Below are positions 34,465 to 46,620 of a DNA stretch of 64,000 nucleotides, piece by piece. Below the pieces are notes generated by a model. It did not search any database and was not told the origin of the DNA. It was given only the letters and a program-made list of their open reading frames with translations. How positions within the stretch are numbered: position 1 is the stretch's first letter; the number at the start of each line of letters is the position of its first letter. Source of the stretch: Octopus sinensis (taxonomy: Eukaryota); assembly GCF_006345805.1 (NCBI RefSeq), contig NC_043010.1, forward strand, positions 32,054,001-32,118,000. The letters are read 5' to 3'. Position numbers and translations under genes: made by a program.

Positions 34465-35912
34465 AGATTTCATCTAGTTTCAGCTCACGAGCTGTGGCCA
34501 TGCTGGGGCGAGCACAATCATGGAGCAATGCCTTTAGTTGAGCACAATCATGGAGCAGTGCCTTTAGTTGAGCACAATCATGGAGCATGCCTTTAGTTGG
34601 CACAATCATGGAGCAGTGCCTTTAGTTGAGCACAATCATGGAGCAGTGCCTTTAGTTGAGCACAATCATGGAGCAGTGCCTTTAGTTGAGCACAATCATG
34701 GAGCAGTGCCTTTAGTTGAGCACAATCATGGAGCAGTGCCTTTAGTTGAGCACAATCATGGAGCAGTGCCTTTAGTTGGCACAATCATGGAGCAGTGCCT
34801 TTAGTTGAGCACAATCATGGAGCAGTGCCTTTAGTTGAGCACAATCATGGAGCAGTGCCTTTAGTTGAGCACAATCATGGAGCAGTGCCTTTAGTTGAGC
34901 ACAATCATGAGCAGTGCCTTTAGTTGAGCACAATCATGGAGCAGTGCCTTTAGTTGAGCACAATCATGGAGCAGTGCCTTTAGTTGAGCACAATCATGGA
35001 GCAGTGCCTTTAGTTGAGCACAATCATGGAGCAGTGCCTTTAGTTGAGCACAATCATGGAGCAGTGCTTTAGTTGAGCAAAATCATGGAGCAGTGCCTTT
35101 AGTTGAGCACAATCATGGAGCAGTGCCTTTAGTTGAGCACAATCATGGAGCAGTGCCTTTAGTTGAGCACAATCATGGAGCAGTGCCTTTAGTTGAGCAC
35201 AATCATGGAGCAGTGCCTTTAGTTGAGCACAATCATGGAGCAGTGCCTTTAGTTGAGCACAATCATGGAGCAGTGCTTTAGTTGAGCACAATCATGGAGC
35301 AGTGCCTTTAGTTGAGCACATCATGGAGCAGTGCTTTAGTTGAGCACAATCATGGAGCAGTGCCTTTAGTTGCACAATCATGGAGCGGTGCCTTTAGTTG
35401 AGCACAATCATGGAGCAGTGCTTTAGTTGAGCACAATCATGGAGCAGTGCCTTTAGTTGAGCACAATCATGGAGCAGTGCCTTTAGTTGAGCACAATCAT
35501 GGAGCAGTGCCTTTAGTTGAGCACAATCATGGAGCAGTGCCTTTAGTTGAGCACAATCATGGAGCAGTGCCTTTAGTTGAGCAAATCAACCCCAGAACTT
35601 ATTCTTTCTAAGCCAAGTACTTATTTTATCACTCTTTTGCCAAACTGCTAAGTTACAGGGATGTAAGAACACCAACATCAATGTCAAGCAATGGTGGAGG
35701 GACAAACACAGACATACAAGTATGTACACACAAACACAAACACAAACATATATATATATATACAACGAGCTTCTTTCAGTTTCCAAATTCATTCATAGGG
35801 CTTTGGTTAGCCTGAGGCTATAGTAGAAGACACCCAAGTGTCATGCAGTAGGACTGAACCTGGAACTGTGTGGTTGGGAAGCAAGCTTCGTACCATACAG
35901 CCACACCTGCAC
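34465..35912 (-). mobile_element. SINE family A carrying an internal minisatellite expansion
   Basis: Tail end at 34465-34509. The tail resumes at AAATCAACCCCAGAACTTATTC (35583). Head at 35840-35912. Confidence 0.85.
34510..35583. repeat. 30-bp minisatellite (GAGCACAATCATGGAGCAGTGCCTTTAGTT) x ~36
   Basis: Head-to-tail near-identical units with occasional 1-2 nt deletions and no spacers. Confidence 0.98.
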
Positions 35913-36175
35913 CTATATATATATATAAAACAAAGTAAAGTTGTTAGGTACTGCACGAGTGAAAATATATATGAAGGAAGGTTTGAAAATGGAAAGAACT
36001 TTTAGAGATGTTTATTGACTTGACCAGTTTCACTTTTTCAGAAAAAGATTGTCAAAAGTAAAATGTAAAGCTTTGTATAAGCTTCCAAGTCTTATGATGC
36101 TATCAGCTTCATGTATGCAAACATGGTCATGTAAGTATGTATGTATGTATATGTGTGAGTGTGTGTGTGTATGTG

Positions 36176-36207
<32 letters not shown>

Positions 36208-36652
36208 TGTATGTATGTATGTATGTATGCATGTATGCATGTATGTTCATCAACACACATACATTAATTATGCTATATTAAGATTTTACTTTAAAGCTGC
36301 TTCTATTGCATAATTTGAATTTTTTTCTACTGATGCATCACTTTTTCAAGCCAGTGTATACTTTATACCCCATCTCTATATACTTGTGACTTGATGATTT
36401 AGTTTCGCTTCTGAGGGGACATGAGTACTTCCACAATAATGGCACAGTACAAATCTGAACTCTCTTGGTCACGTTTGGGACAATTTTGTTTTATTTAGCT
36501 CAGAAGTATATTGAGGTTTAGCACAATATGTTTATAAAAAGATTTTCCCAGATGAAAAACTGCAGCATCCAGATTTTTAACGATAGTCATACACTATATA
36601 TGTAATATTGATAAAGATTTTATTCTAGAGCTACTTCTATTGCATAATTTCC

Positions 36653-36685
<33 letters not shown>

Positions 36686-36689
36686 TATC

Positions 36690-37075
36690 TGTCCCTCTCT
36701 GACACCACTGTTTTTATCAACACCTACAACTACTTCTTCCATGTCACTGACTCCTACACTTGAATCTCTAGTAATCTGATTTATTGCATCCTTTGATCTC
36801 TTTGCCACTCCCTATACATTAAATAAACTGATTGGAACATAGCTTACCAGTTTACCAAAGACTTTCCAGACATCTGGCTCAGTAATTACATCCTAGTCTT
36901 ACACCATTTCCACTCAACTGGTCATTCTCGGCAACATCTAACTATGTTCAAATTGGCCTTGCACAGAGGTCACCCAGACTCTCATCTACGAATTGAGTAG
37001 GAATTAATTTTCTCTCTCCATACTTCATATTTCAGTCCCTCTCCATACTTCAGTCCCTCATGGTCTAAATTCTCT
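36690..37075 (+). pseudogene. Penelope-like element GIY-YIG endonuclease remnant
   Basis: From 36734: FFHVTDSYT*ISSNLIYCIL*SLCHSLYIK*TD...HHFHSTGHSRQHL...E*ELIFSLHT..PHGLN. This matches the PLE pattern FTCxSxNxIYCIxC..LYIGxT and the C-terminal PHGLN. Confidence 0.8.
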
Positions 37076-37819
37076 GCCTCTTTTCATTTATACTGCTCTC
37101 CACACACAATTACACACACCACCCACCTCTTACATTCCCACTATCCCCTCGACTTCTACCCCTACATGTACATCTACACTACATATTTAGCCCATTACCT
37201 AACATCACATACACTATATACATTCAAACAGATATACATACACATACACTTTTCTTCTTCCTACTTCACAAACATACCTATCTCCACACTTATAGTAGTA
37301 ATCATATAATAACACACCTAAACTTCCCAGCACCTATAATTTTTGTCACCAATATTCCACCTAACATTTCTATCCAGTATGATGTATATAACATCCTCAT
37401 ACACACATGCATAAATAGAAAACTGCACAAACGCATACATATGCAGGCATACAGGCATTTACACACACACACAAGTACACACAGTACCCACAGTACACAC
37501 ACACATACATTGGATAATCTTATACACATAACATATGTCAAATAGCCTTATACACATAGAAAACATGGACACACACTCTCACACACATGTGTATACGTAT
37601 GCACTAACATACGATGTATACATGCACACATTAACTTCATACCCACATGCATTTGCTCATTCACACATACCCATTCCATGGCTTTTCCCCATTGCCCATC
37701 ACATCACTGTGATCTGTCACAGTTGTACCCTTTGCTAGTCACACTGCTAGCAACCCCTTCTTCCAGTCATTTCAGCATATGGTGACTGTCTAATTGAGTC
37801 ACGTTTGTTCTTTTCTCTC

Positions 37820-37955
37820 TCCATTTTTTTCTCTCCTTGTCTTTTCTTTCTGTAGAAGAGCATATGCAGGAAACCTAAAAGACTTTTCCTTCTAATTTTT
37901 CTGTGTGTAAATCTAATACACTTTGTTTTGTTTTTTTACCTCATCTTAGTATTGT
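37820..37955 (+). mobile_element. Degenerate third copy of the PLE terminal repeat with hammerhead-like motif (37839-37883)
   Basis: TTTCTGTAGAAGAGCATATGCAGGAAACCTAAAAGAC, about 750 bp downstream of the co-oriented GIY-YIG remnant. Confidence 0.5.
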
Positions 37956-38149
37956 TGTATTATTGCACTGTGTGTGTGTGTGTGTGTGTGTGTGCGTGCG
38001 CGTGCGTGAGTGTGTGTGCGTGTGTGTGTGTACATGGTGTTTGGAGTAAATTTGTCAGTTTGATAACATAAATGGAAAAGAAAACACAAAATTTCAGTCA
38101 AAATAAAGTTATCTTAAAGTATCAAAGATATCAAGTAGATTATGTTTGG

Positions 38150-38775
38150 ATGATAAGTGTTTACTCAAAGCACCCATCTTCATCTTCCACCATAGCCTCA
38201 AGATGGCTTGACACCAGAACCTTGCACATACATTCCTTATTGTGTTCTTGAGAAGATCTTGAAACACCATTTTGATCTTGGCTCCCAGCCTAGTCTTGGT
38301 GTTGCAGCAAAACAGTTAGTGTCTTTCTCAACTGCATCCCACACATAGGAACTAGGAGGCCAGAAATTGGAGCTGGTGAAGTCAAAAATTCTCCAACAAC
38401 CACTTCTGACACTTTCCAGAAGTTTGGCAAGGAACCAAATCCTGCTGTCACACATATGTCCTTCTGGTAGCACTATGGTCTCTCCAGCTAGGGTTTGAGT
38501 ACAGTCTCCAGCAGCTTCATGTAGCCATCTGAATTGAGCCAAAGGCCCTGTTCAAAGATGTGGGGTGGCATGACATCACTCTCAATGGGACAGGAAACAA
38601 AAGTCATCTATTGTTTTGGTTGAGATCACCTGCTTAACTGATAGGAATAAACTGAATAAAATTGTGAAAAAATAAAGAAAAGGAAATCTATGGCAAATGG
38701 ATGCAAACATTACATCGCTTTCTTCCAGGCTGTAAATTTTCATTTCTACATAAATTATAATTAGTGTTACATTAA
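38150..38775 (-). mobile_element. maT/DD37D-like transposase remnant
   Basis: DVMPPHIFEQGLWLNSDGYMKLLETVLKP, then across frameshifts QQDLVPCQTSGKCQKWLLEN and FDFTSSNFWPPSSYVWDAVEKDTN. Confidence 0.75.
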
Positions 38776-39365
38776 ATCATGAAATTGTTGAGAATTTTAA
38801 GAAAGAACAAAACAAACTGATTCACAGCCTCCAAATCCAATTGATTAGTGTTAAAATGAAGATTTATAAAACATTCAAACTATTTTCTATTTGGTTACCT
38901 GGAATGAGCATATAAACTCCATCACACATTGTCATTTGGCATATGTACATTAAAGGAAGCCATTTCTGTACTACAGAGACATGTATACCCATTACATGAG
39001 TACATGCTTATACACGCATATATATACACCAAAATAAAATCACTTTTTCACTTATTTTCCCAAATCACTGTATCCAGTTTCACTCAGGGAAGCTTTGGTA
39101 CTTTTCTTGTCTCCAGCTTGAATTTAATGAACTTAAGTCTTTAAACAAAACAAACACAGATATATATACATATATGCATAAACAATAAATATATATATGC
39201 ACTCATATACATATACATATTTAAACACATAAATCTCTACATAATATACATACATGGTTGCACATACATATCCACCCATCCACGCATACTTCCACATATG
39301 ATTCTTCAAGGTGAACATCAAAAGAGGTTAGTTGTTACATGTTTGTTACACAGCAAGTTTAATTA

Positions 39366-40035
39366 TCTATCTTATATATTAAAAGGCAAGTGGTCTGTCT
39401 GTGTGTTGTGTGAACCACTTCTACTCCTACAATTTTCAACTGAATTTCACCAAATTTAACATGTGTGCTCTCTTTGGCTTAGGACACATTTTCTTATAAC
39501 TTTTTCCTCGAAAATCCGTGCCCCAAATATAAATAGACTACTCTCAATTCGCCTAGGATTTGAACCCACCACATCTGTGCAACAGTAGACGTACAATTTT
39601 CAGCACTTCTTTAGAAGTGCACTTCTCCAAGAAAATGATGCCTAATTTCTAAAATAAATTATGAAAATGAGAAATGTATCCAAAATAAATGAAGTATGCA
39701 AAAATTAGGAAGATTCATTTATTTTTAAATATTTTATACTAAAAAATAAAACATGAAAAATGGGCACGTGCAAATATAAACAAACATGTCAGATGATACA
39801 AGGGGCAAAATAAAAAATCAGATATAACGAAAAATAAAAAATCAGATACAAGGGGCATTAACTTGCATCAGATATTATTAATGATAAAAGGGGCCTGACA
39901 ATAACGTTTGCAAATTCTTGATTGCTTTTAATCAGATTTTTTACTGCACACACTGGTAAGGGTTAGTGTAGCACGCGCTGCTGCCATGTAACAACTATTT
40001 GCAAATACCTGTTCAGTGGTAGCAGTACATGCTAG
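39366..40035 (+). mobile_element. Possible non-autonomous Helitron-like element
   Basis: 5' TCTATCTTATATATTAAAA..GTCTGTCTGTGTG start and a 3' GCTGCTGCCA..TGGTAGCAGT hairpin before CTAG. The insertion is not between A and T, so this is weak. Confidence 0.3.
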
Positions 40036-40109
40036 AAATACCTGCCAAATTGGTTAATGTTTACAAGTACACCTGCACATCAACCCCCACCTCTTTTCTT
40101 TCTTATATA

Positions 40110-40603
40110 TATGTATATATTAGTGTGTGTGTGTGTGTGGTGTGCGTGTGTGTGTTTGTACCCCCATCGTTGCTTTACAACCGATGTTGGTGTGCCTACA
40201 TACCTATAACTTAGCGGTTTGACAAAAGACACTGATAGAATAATTAGTAGGTGGTGCTCCAGCATGGCCGCAGTCACATAACTGAAACAAGTAAGACAAT
40301 AAAAAACTATGCCAATTTTAATCCCAAGCAAGGCTGGGTATATATATGTGTGTGTGTGTGTGTGTGTCTGTTTGTCTTTGTACCCCCACCATTGCTTGAC
40401 AACCGATATTGGTGTGCTTACCTCCCCATAACTTAGTGGTTCGGAAAATGACACCAATAGAATAAGTACTAGGCTTACAAAGAATATATTCTGGGGTCAA
40501 TTTCTTTGACTTAAAGTAGTGCTCCAGTATGGCCGCAGTCACCTGACTGAAGCAATTGAAAGAATAATAAAATCTACACCATTTTAATCCCAAGCAACTT
40601 TGG
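40110..40603 (+). repeat. Two diverged tandem copies of a SINE A tail plus shared flank
   Basis: Both units run (GT)n-CCCCC..ACAACCGAT..GTGCTCCAG(C/T)ATGGCCGCAGTCAC..CC(A)ATTTTAATCCCAAGCAA. Confidence 0.7.
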
Positions 40604-40741
40604 GTATCTCTGCTAGTATTCTTATATATTTGCTGTCTACTTTCTTAACTCTTCTCCATTGTCTCAAATTTGTCAATGAAGCCATTATGTTATTTCTCAA
40701 GTTGATCATTATACAATGAATATATCAATATTAACTATATA

Positions 40742-40930
40742 TGCCAGAATCATTAGCAAATTGGGCAAAATGCTTCACATTTCATCTGTCTTTACATTCT
40801 GAGTTCAAATTCTGCTGAGGCTGGCTTTGCCTTTCATCCTTATGGGGTTGATAAAATAAGTACCATTTGGGCCCTGGGGCTTATGTAATTGGCTCGCCCA
40901 CTTCCCCAAAATTGCTTGTGCCAAAATCTG
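40742..40930 (+). mobile_element. SINE family B, degenerate
   Basis: TTCTGAGTTCAAATTCTGCTGAGG..CTTTGCCTTTCATCC. Confidence 0.75.
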
Positions 40931-41309
40931 AATTCAGTATTAAGTATATGTTATATCATCAGTGACGATATATGATGATGTGTGTGTGAGTAACAATATA
41001 TCACAGTACCAAATATAACCGTATTAGAAGAAGCAATATAACAAAAGTTGGTTATCTTATAACCATTCACACAATAACAATCTGATACTCCAATGCAGAA
41101 TCAATAATGAGACTAATGCTCTCACAGTCCGACCTCAACTGTCTACTGGCTCATCTGTTTTTAAAACTTGTATAGTCCACTGACAGTTACAAGCAGGCAG
41201 GGGTGTCAGGTCACTCTACAACATCTCCCCTTTTAAACTATACACTTCTCAGAGAATGTGGGTGTACACATTCCTTTTTTAAAAATTTCTCTCCCACATC
41301 TCCCTTTTT

Positions 41310-43054
41310 TCAAAAAATCAACTCAGTGGGCAATTGAGTATGTGATGCATGTGCTACAGGTTTTGCATTACCATCTTCATACTTATGCAAAATTATCACT
41401 CCGATGCCATATTCATGAGCCTCTGAAGCTACTATAATCTCCTCTTTTGGATCGTGGTGTGCTAAAATAGTTTGGAAGTTAGTATGTCTTTTAACTTCTT
41501 GACATTTTTGTGTCCAATTCCATTTTATTGCTTTCTTTAGTAGGTAATTTAATGGTGCACACAAGTTATGAATATTAGGGATGTTAATTTGGTAATAATT
41601 CACTAAACCCTAAAATGCTTGTAATGTTACTTCATTCTTTGGTGGGGGCATATTTTTAATTGCTGATGCCCTGGTAGGATCTGGATACCGACCCTTTCTA
41701 TCTATGATTTACTCCAAATATCTAATTATAGGCAAAAAGAAATCACACTTATTTGCTTTCAGTTTGAATCTATATTCACTTATTTTTTTTAAATACATTT
41801 TTCACATTAGTTACATGCAGACCTCTAGATTCACTCTTTATCAATATGTCACTGAGATAGGAAATTGTGAATTCACAGTCCACTAACATTGCATCCATAA
41901 TCTGTTGGAAGATCGCCAGTGCAACTTTTATGCCAAATGGCAACCTGTTGTATTTATACAGTCTTTCATGTGTGTTAATCACTCGGTATTTAGAGCATTC
42001 ACTGTCTACTTTAATTTGTAGATATGTGAGTAGGTAGCAGATAGCTGAACCTTTTAAGACATTTGTTTTACCCAGTGGAAAAATTAGCACACACTCTGGT
42101 TTTATTATTCTTTTTCATAATGTATACAGTTGGTAATGCACATTTAGAATATTTCACTTTTTGGATACCTCCAATTTTTTTAGTCTCTCTACATCATCAT
42201 CATCATCATCATCGTTTAACGTCCGTTTTCCATGCTAGCACGGGTTGGACGGTTCGACTGGAGTCTGGGAAGCCAGGACGCTGCCCCAGGCTCCAGTCTG
42301 ATCCGGCAGTGTTTCTACAGCTGGATGCCCTTCCTAACGCCAACCACTCCGTGAGGCACATTTCTTTTTTGAATTTAAAAATTGGTACTGCTTTCTCTTT
42401 TATCCCAAATTTTGCTTTTATTTTTGAACATGTGCTTAATTTGTCTGAAAATATGTCTGGGAATACTTTCTTTAATTCCTTTTTGCAATTTGTCCGAGTC
42501 AGTGTTAGAACTTGTGCCTGTACCTATTACATTTGTGCAATAGTGGTTAATGGGTAGATCCCAGAGATCGAATTTCTCAATCCAATTCGTTCCAAATAAG
42601 TTATTGGTATTATTTAGTACATAAGCCTTTGCTTTTATCGTTCTACCTTGGAAAGTCATATTGCTATTGAATTCACCTCTAAACAATAATTCTTTTCCAA
42701 AACACCCTTTGCAGCTTTTGTCGTTTTCCTTAGTATCAGTTTACCTAATGTACTCCATGTTTTGTCATTTAATATAGTTATACCACTCGCAGTATCAAGC
42801 TGTAATCTGACGGTTGTTCCATTTATTTTTATGTTAACAATCTTTCTTTGTATTTTGTTATACTTATCATTTTCAGATACACAGTATACATTTTCATTAT
42901 GCTTTCTCTGTGCATCATTTTTGGATTCTTTCCTTATTTTTGTGTGACAGTGAGAACTTTTGTAATTTTGAAAACCACTCCTGAAACATTTCAGTTTTTT
43001 GAATAGACAGTCATACCGGTCATTTATTTGACTGCATCTCATGCACAGATCCAC
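41310..43054 (-). pseudogene. pol: Gypsy pol remnant (protease, RT, RNase H)
   Basis: RLQLDTASGITIL (protease), YKYNRLPFGIKVALAIFQQIMD..YLSDILI (RT), EIIVASEAHEYGIGVII..KPVAHAS (RNase H). Confidence 0.85.
42192..42354 (-). mobile_element. SINE/LINE 3' fragment with (GAT)n tail inserted into Gypsy pol
   Basis: (CAT)n-CGTTTAACGTCCGTTTTCCATGCTAGCACGGG..GGATGCCCTTCC interrupts pol between KRNVP and LERL. Confidence 0.75.
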
Positions 43055-43787
43055 TTTGCACTTTCTAATGATTTTTTTGGCCTTATAGCCTGTATGTTTG
43101 ATATATTACATTCTTGTATTCTCTCCTTGTTATGTTTAAGATTTATTATCTGTTGGTCTTCTGATATCTGTTGAAGAGGAATATCCTGGTTCTGTTCTAG
43201 CTTAGTCAATATCCTTGTGTGAATTTCCAAATCTTGTTGTGATGTTAGCCCTTGAATGAATACCAGGCACTTCAACATAGCCATCGTCAGTATCTTTAAT
43301 TTGAGCTTTTCACATTCCCGGCTTGCTATTCTGGCATATGTTATGAAGTCATCCTCTATGTTTTTTGTCAAATTTAAATAGAACCATCTTGTGTTGAACA
43401 AAGATTTTTTTCACTAAAAACTTTTGATAGTGTGCTCATTGTGTCTTCAAATCATAATTCTCCAGGTTTTTGGGGTTGTATATGATTGATATACTTTTCA
43501 TGTTCTACTGGTGCTAATTTTCTTAGCACAAGTCTAGTCTTCTGGACTCCTTTCCATTCTGAACATTTGTTCTTGAATATTTCCTCAAATCGACTATAAT
43601 AAACAGCAAATGTAACACCTTCATCCAGATTATATCTAAATTCATTGATGGAGCTTGCCAAGGAATCTGATATTAATGCATTTGTAGCATTTTTCATTTC
43701 CTTGAGGAGAATGTTTCTGTTTTGCCAATATATTATGTAATTCTTCCATGATAAATAATAAGATGGATTTTTTGTTCTTATATACAA
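43039..43787 (-). pseudogene. gag: Gypsy gag remnant
   Basis: SINEFRYNLDEGVTFAVYYSRFEEIF and DDFITYARIASRECEKLKL..KCLVFIQGL, immediately upstream of the protease. Confidence 0.75.
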
Positions 43788-44435
43788 AAATTATTCAATT
43801 CACAATAATCTGAGTGTCAACTGTTATATTGTCAGAGATGACAAATGATGTGTATGTGCGTGTGTGTGTGAGACAATATATCACAGTACCAAATATAATT
43901 ACATAACAATAAGCAATATAAGAGTTGGTTATCTTATTATAACCATTCACACAATAACAATCCAATACTCCAATGCAGAATCAATAAGGAGACCAATGCT
44001 CTCACAGTTTGACCTCAACTGTCTACTGGCTCATTTCTTTATCAGACTCATCCAGTCCACTGACTGTCATGTGCAGAGGTGTGAGTTCATTCCGCAACAC
44101 TGTATGATCTATCTTTATATGTGTGTGCGTTTAGTTATGTTTGTGAATAATTATACTTGTCTGAATTATCTATCTGTCAGTCTATTCCATTCTCTATCTT
44201 TCTTTCTCCCTTTCTATCGCTTTATCTATTTGTTTGTCCATTTATCTTTCTGCCTGCCTGTCTGTTTATCTATCATTCTTTAATCATCTATTAATCTTTT
44301 CATCTAACTGATTACCTGTCTCTATGAAATTGTGTGTGTGTATGAAATTAATACAGACAGCAGTATGCAATGTTCACCAGAAAGGAAAACCATAATTGTC
44401 ACCATATATGACTAGGGTCAAAGCACATAATTGTA

Positions 44436-46620
44436 TACATATATATTGATAGAGACTAGCCAAGTGGCGTCTTGTTTGAGCAAAAGTGCAGGAAAGGACA
44501 GTAAGAGAGCAGGAGATGCAGCAGATAAAATTACTGGAGGTGCAGGTAAAAAAGGTGGTGTTAAAAAAGGGGTGATGGTGGGTGCTGGTGAGAATAATGT
44601 TGTTGAAGAGGTAGGTGCAGGTGTGACAGCATGAGTAGAGCAGGGGAAGGAGCCAGGCTGGAAGCCAGGAGTAAGGAAGAAACTGTGGACTGGGATGTCA
44701 TGCAGGTTATGGGCATGTTTGAAGGAGGGAATGCAAGGGTTAAGGAAGATGTGTAAGGGGAAGGGGTCAGACTGGAGTTGAGAGAAGGCTCAGAGAATGG
44801 GGTGTTGTGGAAGGGTGGTAAACGAGGGGAAAGGAGGTGGGGAAGGGTGGGGAAGGTGCAGGGAGAGAGTAGTAGGGATAACTATGTAGGGTGCAGTGGC
44901 AAGCCATGAGTTGAGACTGGGTCTGAAAATCATAGTCATCTCTGCAGAGCAGGCGTAGATGGAGGAACTGGTTGTAGGGGATAGAGAGCTTTGTGTGGGT
45001 GAGGTAGTAGGAGGAGAAGTTGAGGTAGGAGTGTGAGTCTGTGTGTTTGTAGTGAGTGGAGGTGGTAAGAGCAGAGTGGTGTATGCTAACAGAAATGTCG
45101 AGAAATTCGACAAGTGGCTGTGTAGTAAGTAGCTTGCTTGCCAACCACATGGTTCCGGGTTCAGTCCCACTGCATGGCATCTTGGGTAAGTGTCTTCTAC
45201 TATAGCATCGGGTCGACCAAAGCCTTGTGAGTGGATTTGGTTGACGGAAACTGAAAGAAGCCCGTCGTATATATATATGTATGTGTGTGTACATGTTTGT
45301 GTGTCTGTGTCTGTCCCCCCAACATCACTTGACAACTGATGCTGGTGTATTTACATCCCCGTAACTTATTGGCCTGGCAAAAGAGACCGATAGAATAAGT
45401 ACTAGGCTTACAAAGAATAAGTCCTAGAGTCGATTTGCTCGACTAAAAGTGGTAATCCAGAATGGCCACAGTCGAATGACTGAAACAAGTAAAAGAGAGT
45501 AAAAGAAAACAGTAAAAGAGAGAGGAGTTGGAGACAGTGCAGGAGAATTCAAGGGCAGGATGCAAGGACTGGATGAAGGAAAGGAAGGGGTCTGGGTGTT
45601 CGTGGGAGAGTGAAGTTGCACTGTATAGGTCATGAGTGAGACCAGTGAACTGTGAGAATATTTGGGCCTCAACATAGCTAACAAACAGGTTTGCATAGTT
45701 GTGGCCCATTCTCATTCCCATGGCCATTCCCAAGATCTGTTGGTAAAACTCCCCCACAAATGAGAAGCAGTTGCGGGAGAGGACAAGTTGTCAGGCTGAG
45801 GCTGTGGACGAAGGTTCAGGAAGTGTTTTAATGGAAGAAGACCACTGTGCGGGATCACCATGTACAGAGATTTAATACCAAGAGTGAACAGGGGTTGAGA
45901 GGGGCTATGAGGGAAGGAGAAAGAGTTAAATAAACCAAGATTGGTACTGTGAATGTGTGAGGTGGCACTAGGGTGGCAAGGACATGGTCAAGCTATTTGG
46001 AGATAATTTCAGTGGGCAGTTGTGGACAGAGATGATGGGGCAGCTGGGGTTGTTAGGCATGTGGATTTTGGGAAGGAAGTAAATAGTGGGGTATGGATAA
46101 TGAGGTTGGAGGCAGTGAGAGGTAAACAAGAAGAGGAAATGAGGTCATGGATGGTGGAAGATACAGTCTGTTTGTAGTTAGCCATGGGGTTGGAGGGTAG
46201 AGGGCAATAGAAAGAGATGTCTTAAAGTTGGTGGAACACTTTAGCCTTATAAAGGTCTGCATGCCATACCACTACAGCTCCACCCTTGCCATCCAGTCTT
46301 GGCAGCATCAGGGACATCGAAGGGCTGAGAGTTTGGTTGGGGAGATGTTGAAATGTTGGGGATGCCTGCAGAAGTTGAACTGGTCCACAACACATTAACA
46401 GATGCTTGAAAATTGATTAATTGCTTGAAACTTGACAGGAGCTGGTGTCAAGTGGGATGGTTGGTGGACCAGGTCGGTGAAGCAGTCTTCTTCATTCGAT
46501 GAAGGTGGTGTCTTGTGGAATAGTGCATGTAGCCTGACACAGCACACAAAGTGTTGGATATCAGCATGAGTCTGAACTCATTACTGGATGGAGTGAGAGG
46601 TATGACATGGAGACTCCTAC
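44436..46620 (-). mobile_element. Penelope-like element relic (RT plus GIY-YIG)
   Basis: Minus strand motifs in order: PTIYFLPKIH..NNP..PII, IKSLY.VIPH, GEFYQQILGMAMGMRMGHNYANLF, FLDISVS..YKHTDSHSYL..KLSIPYNQFLHLRLLC, FTCTSSNFICCISCS..AQTRRHLA. The catalytic DD region appears deleted. Confidence 0.85.
45115..45515 (+). mobile_element. Near-intact SINE family A inserted in the PLE RT
   Basis: A-box GTGGCTGTGTAG, B-box GGTTCAGTCCC, internal (TA)(GT)n, tail TGACTGAAACAAGTAAAAGAGAG. Confidence 0.9.

Larger units (their letters stand above)
40963..44099 (-). mobile_element. Ty3/Gypsy LTR retrotransposon relic, integrase deleted
   Basis: Two 261-bp diverged LTRs (40963-41223, 43839-44099), each TG...CA on the minus strand. 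PPT AAAAGGGGAGA at 41224-41234. Decayed gag-PR-RT-RNaseH. No matching TSD found. Confidence 0.9.

Noticed and set aside
34510-35583. CRISPR array or repetitive peptide gene (HNHGAVPLVE)n
   Set aside because: The units are contiguous with no unique spacers and there are no cas genes. The frame is broken by indels and the unit derives from a SINE tail.
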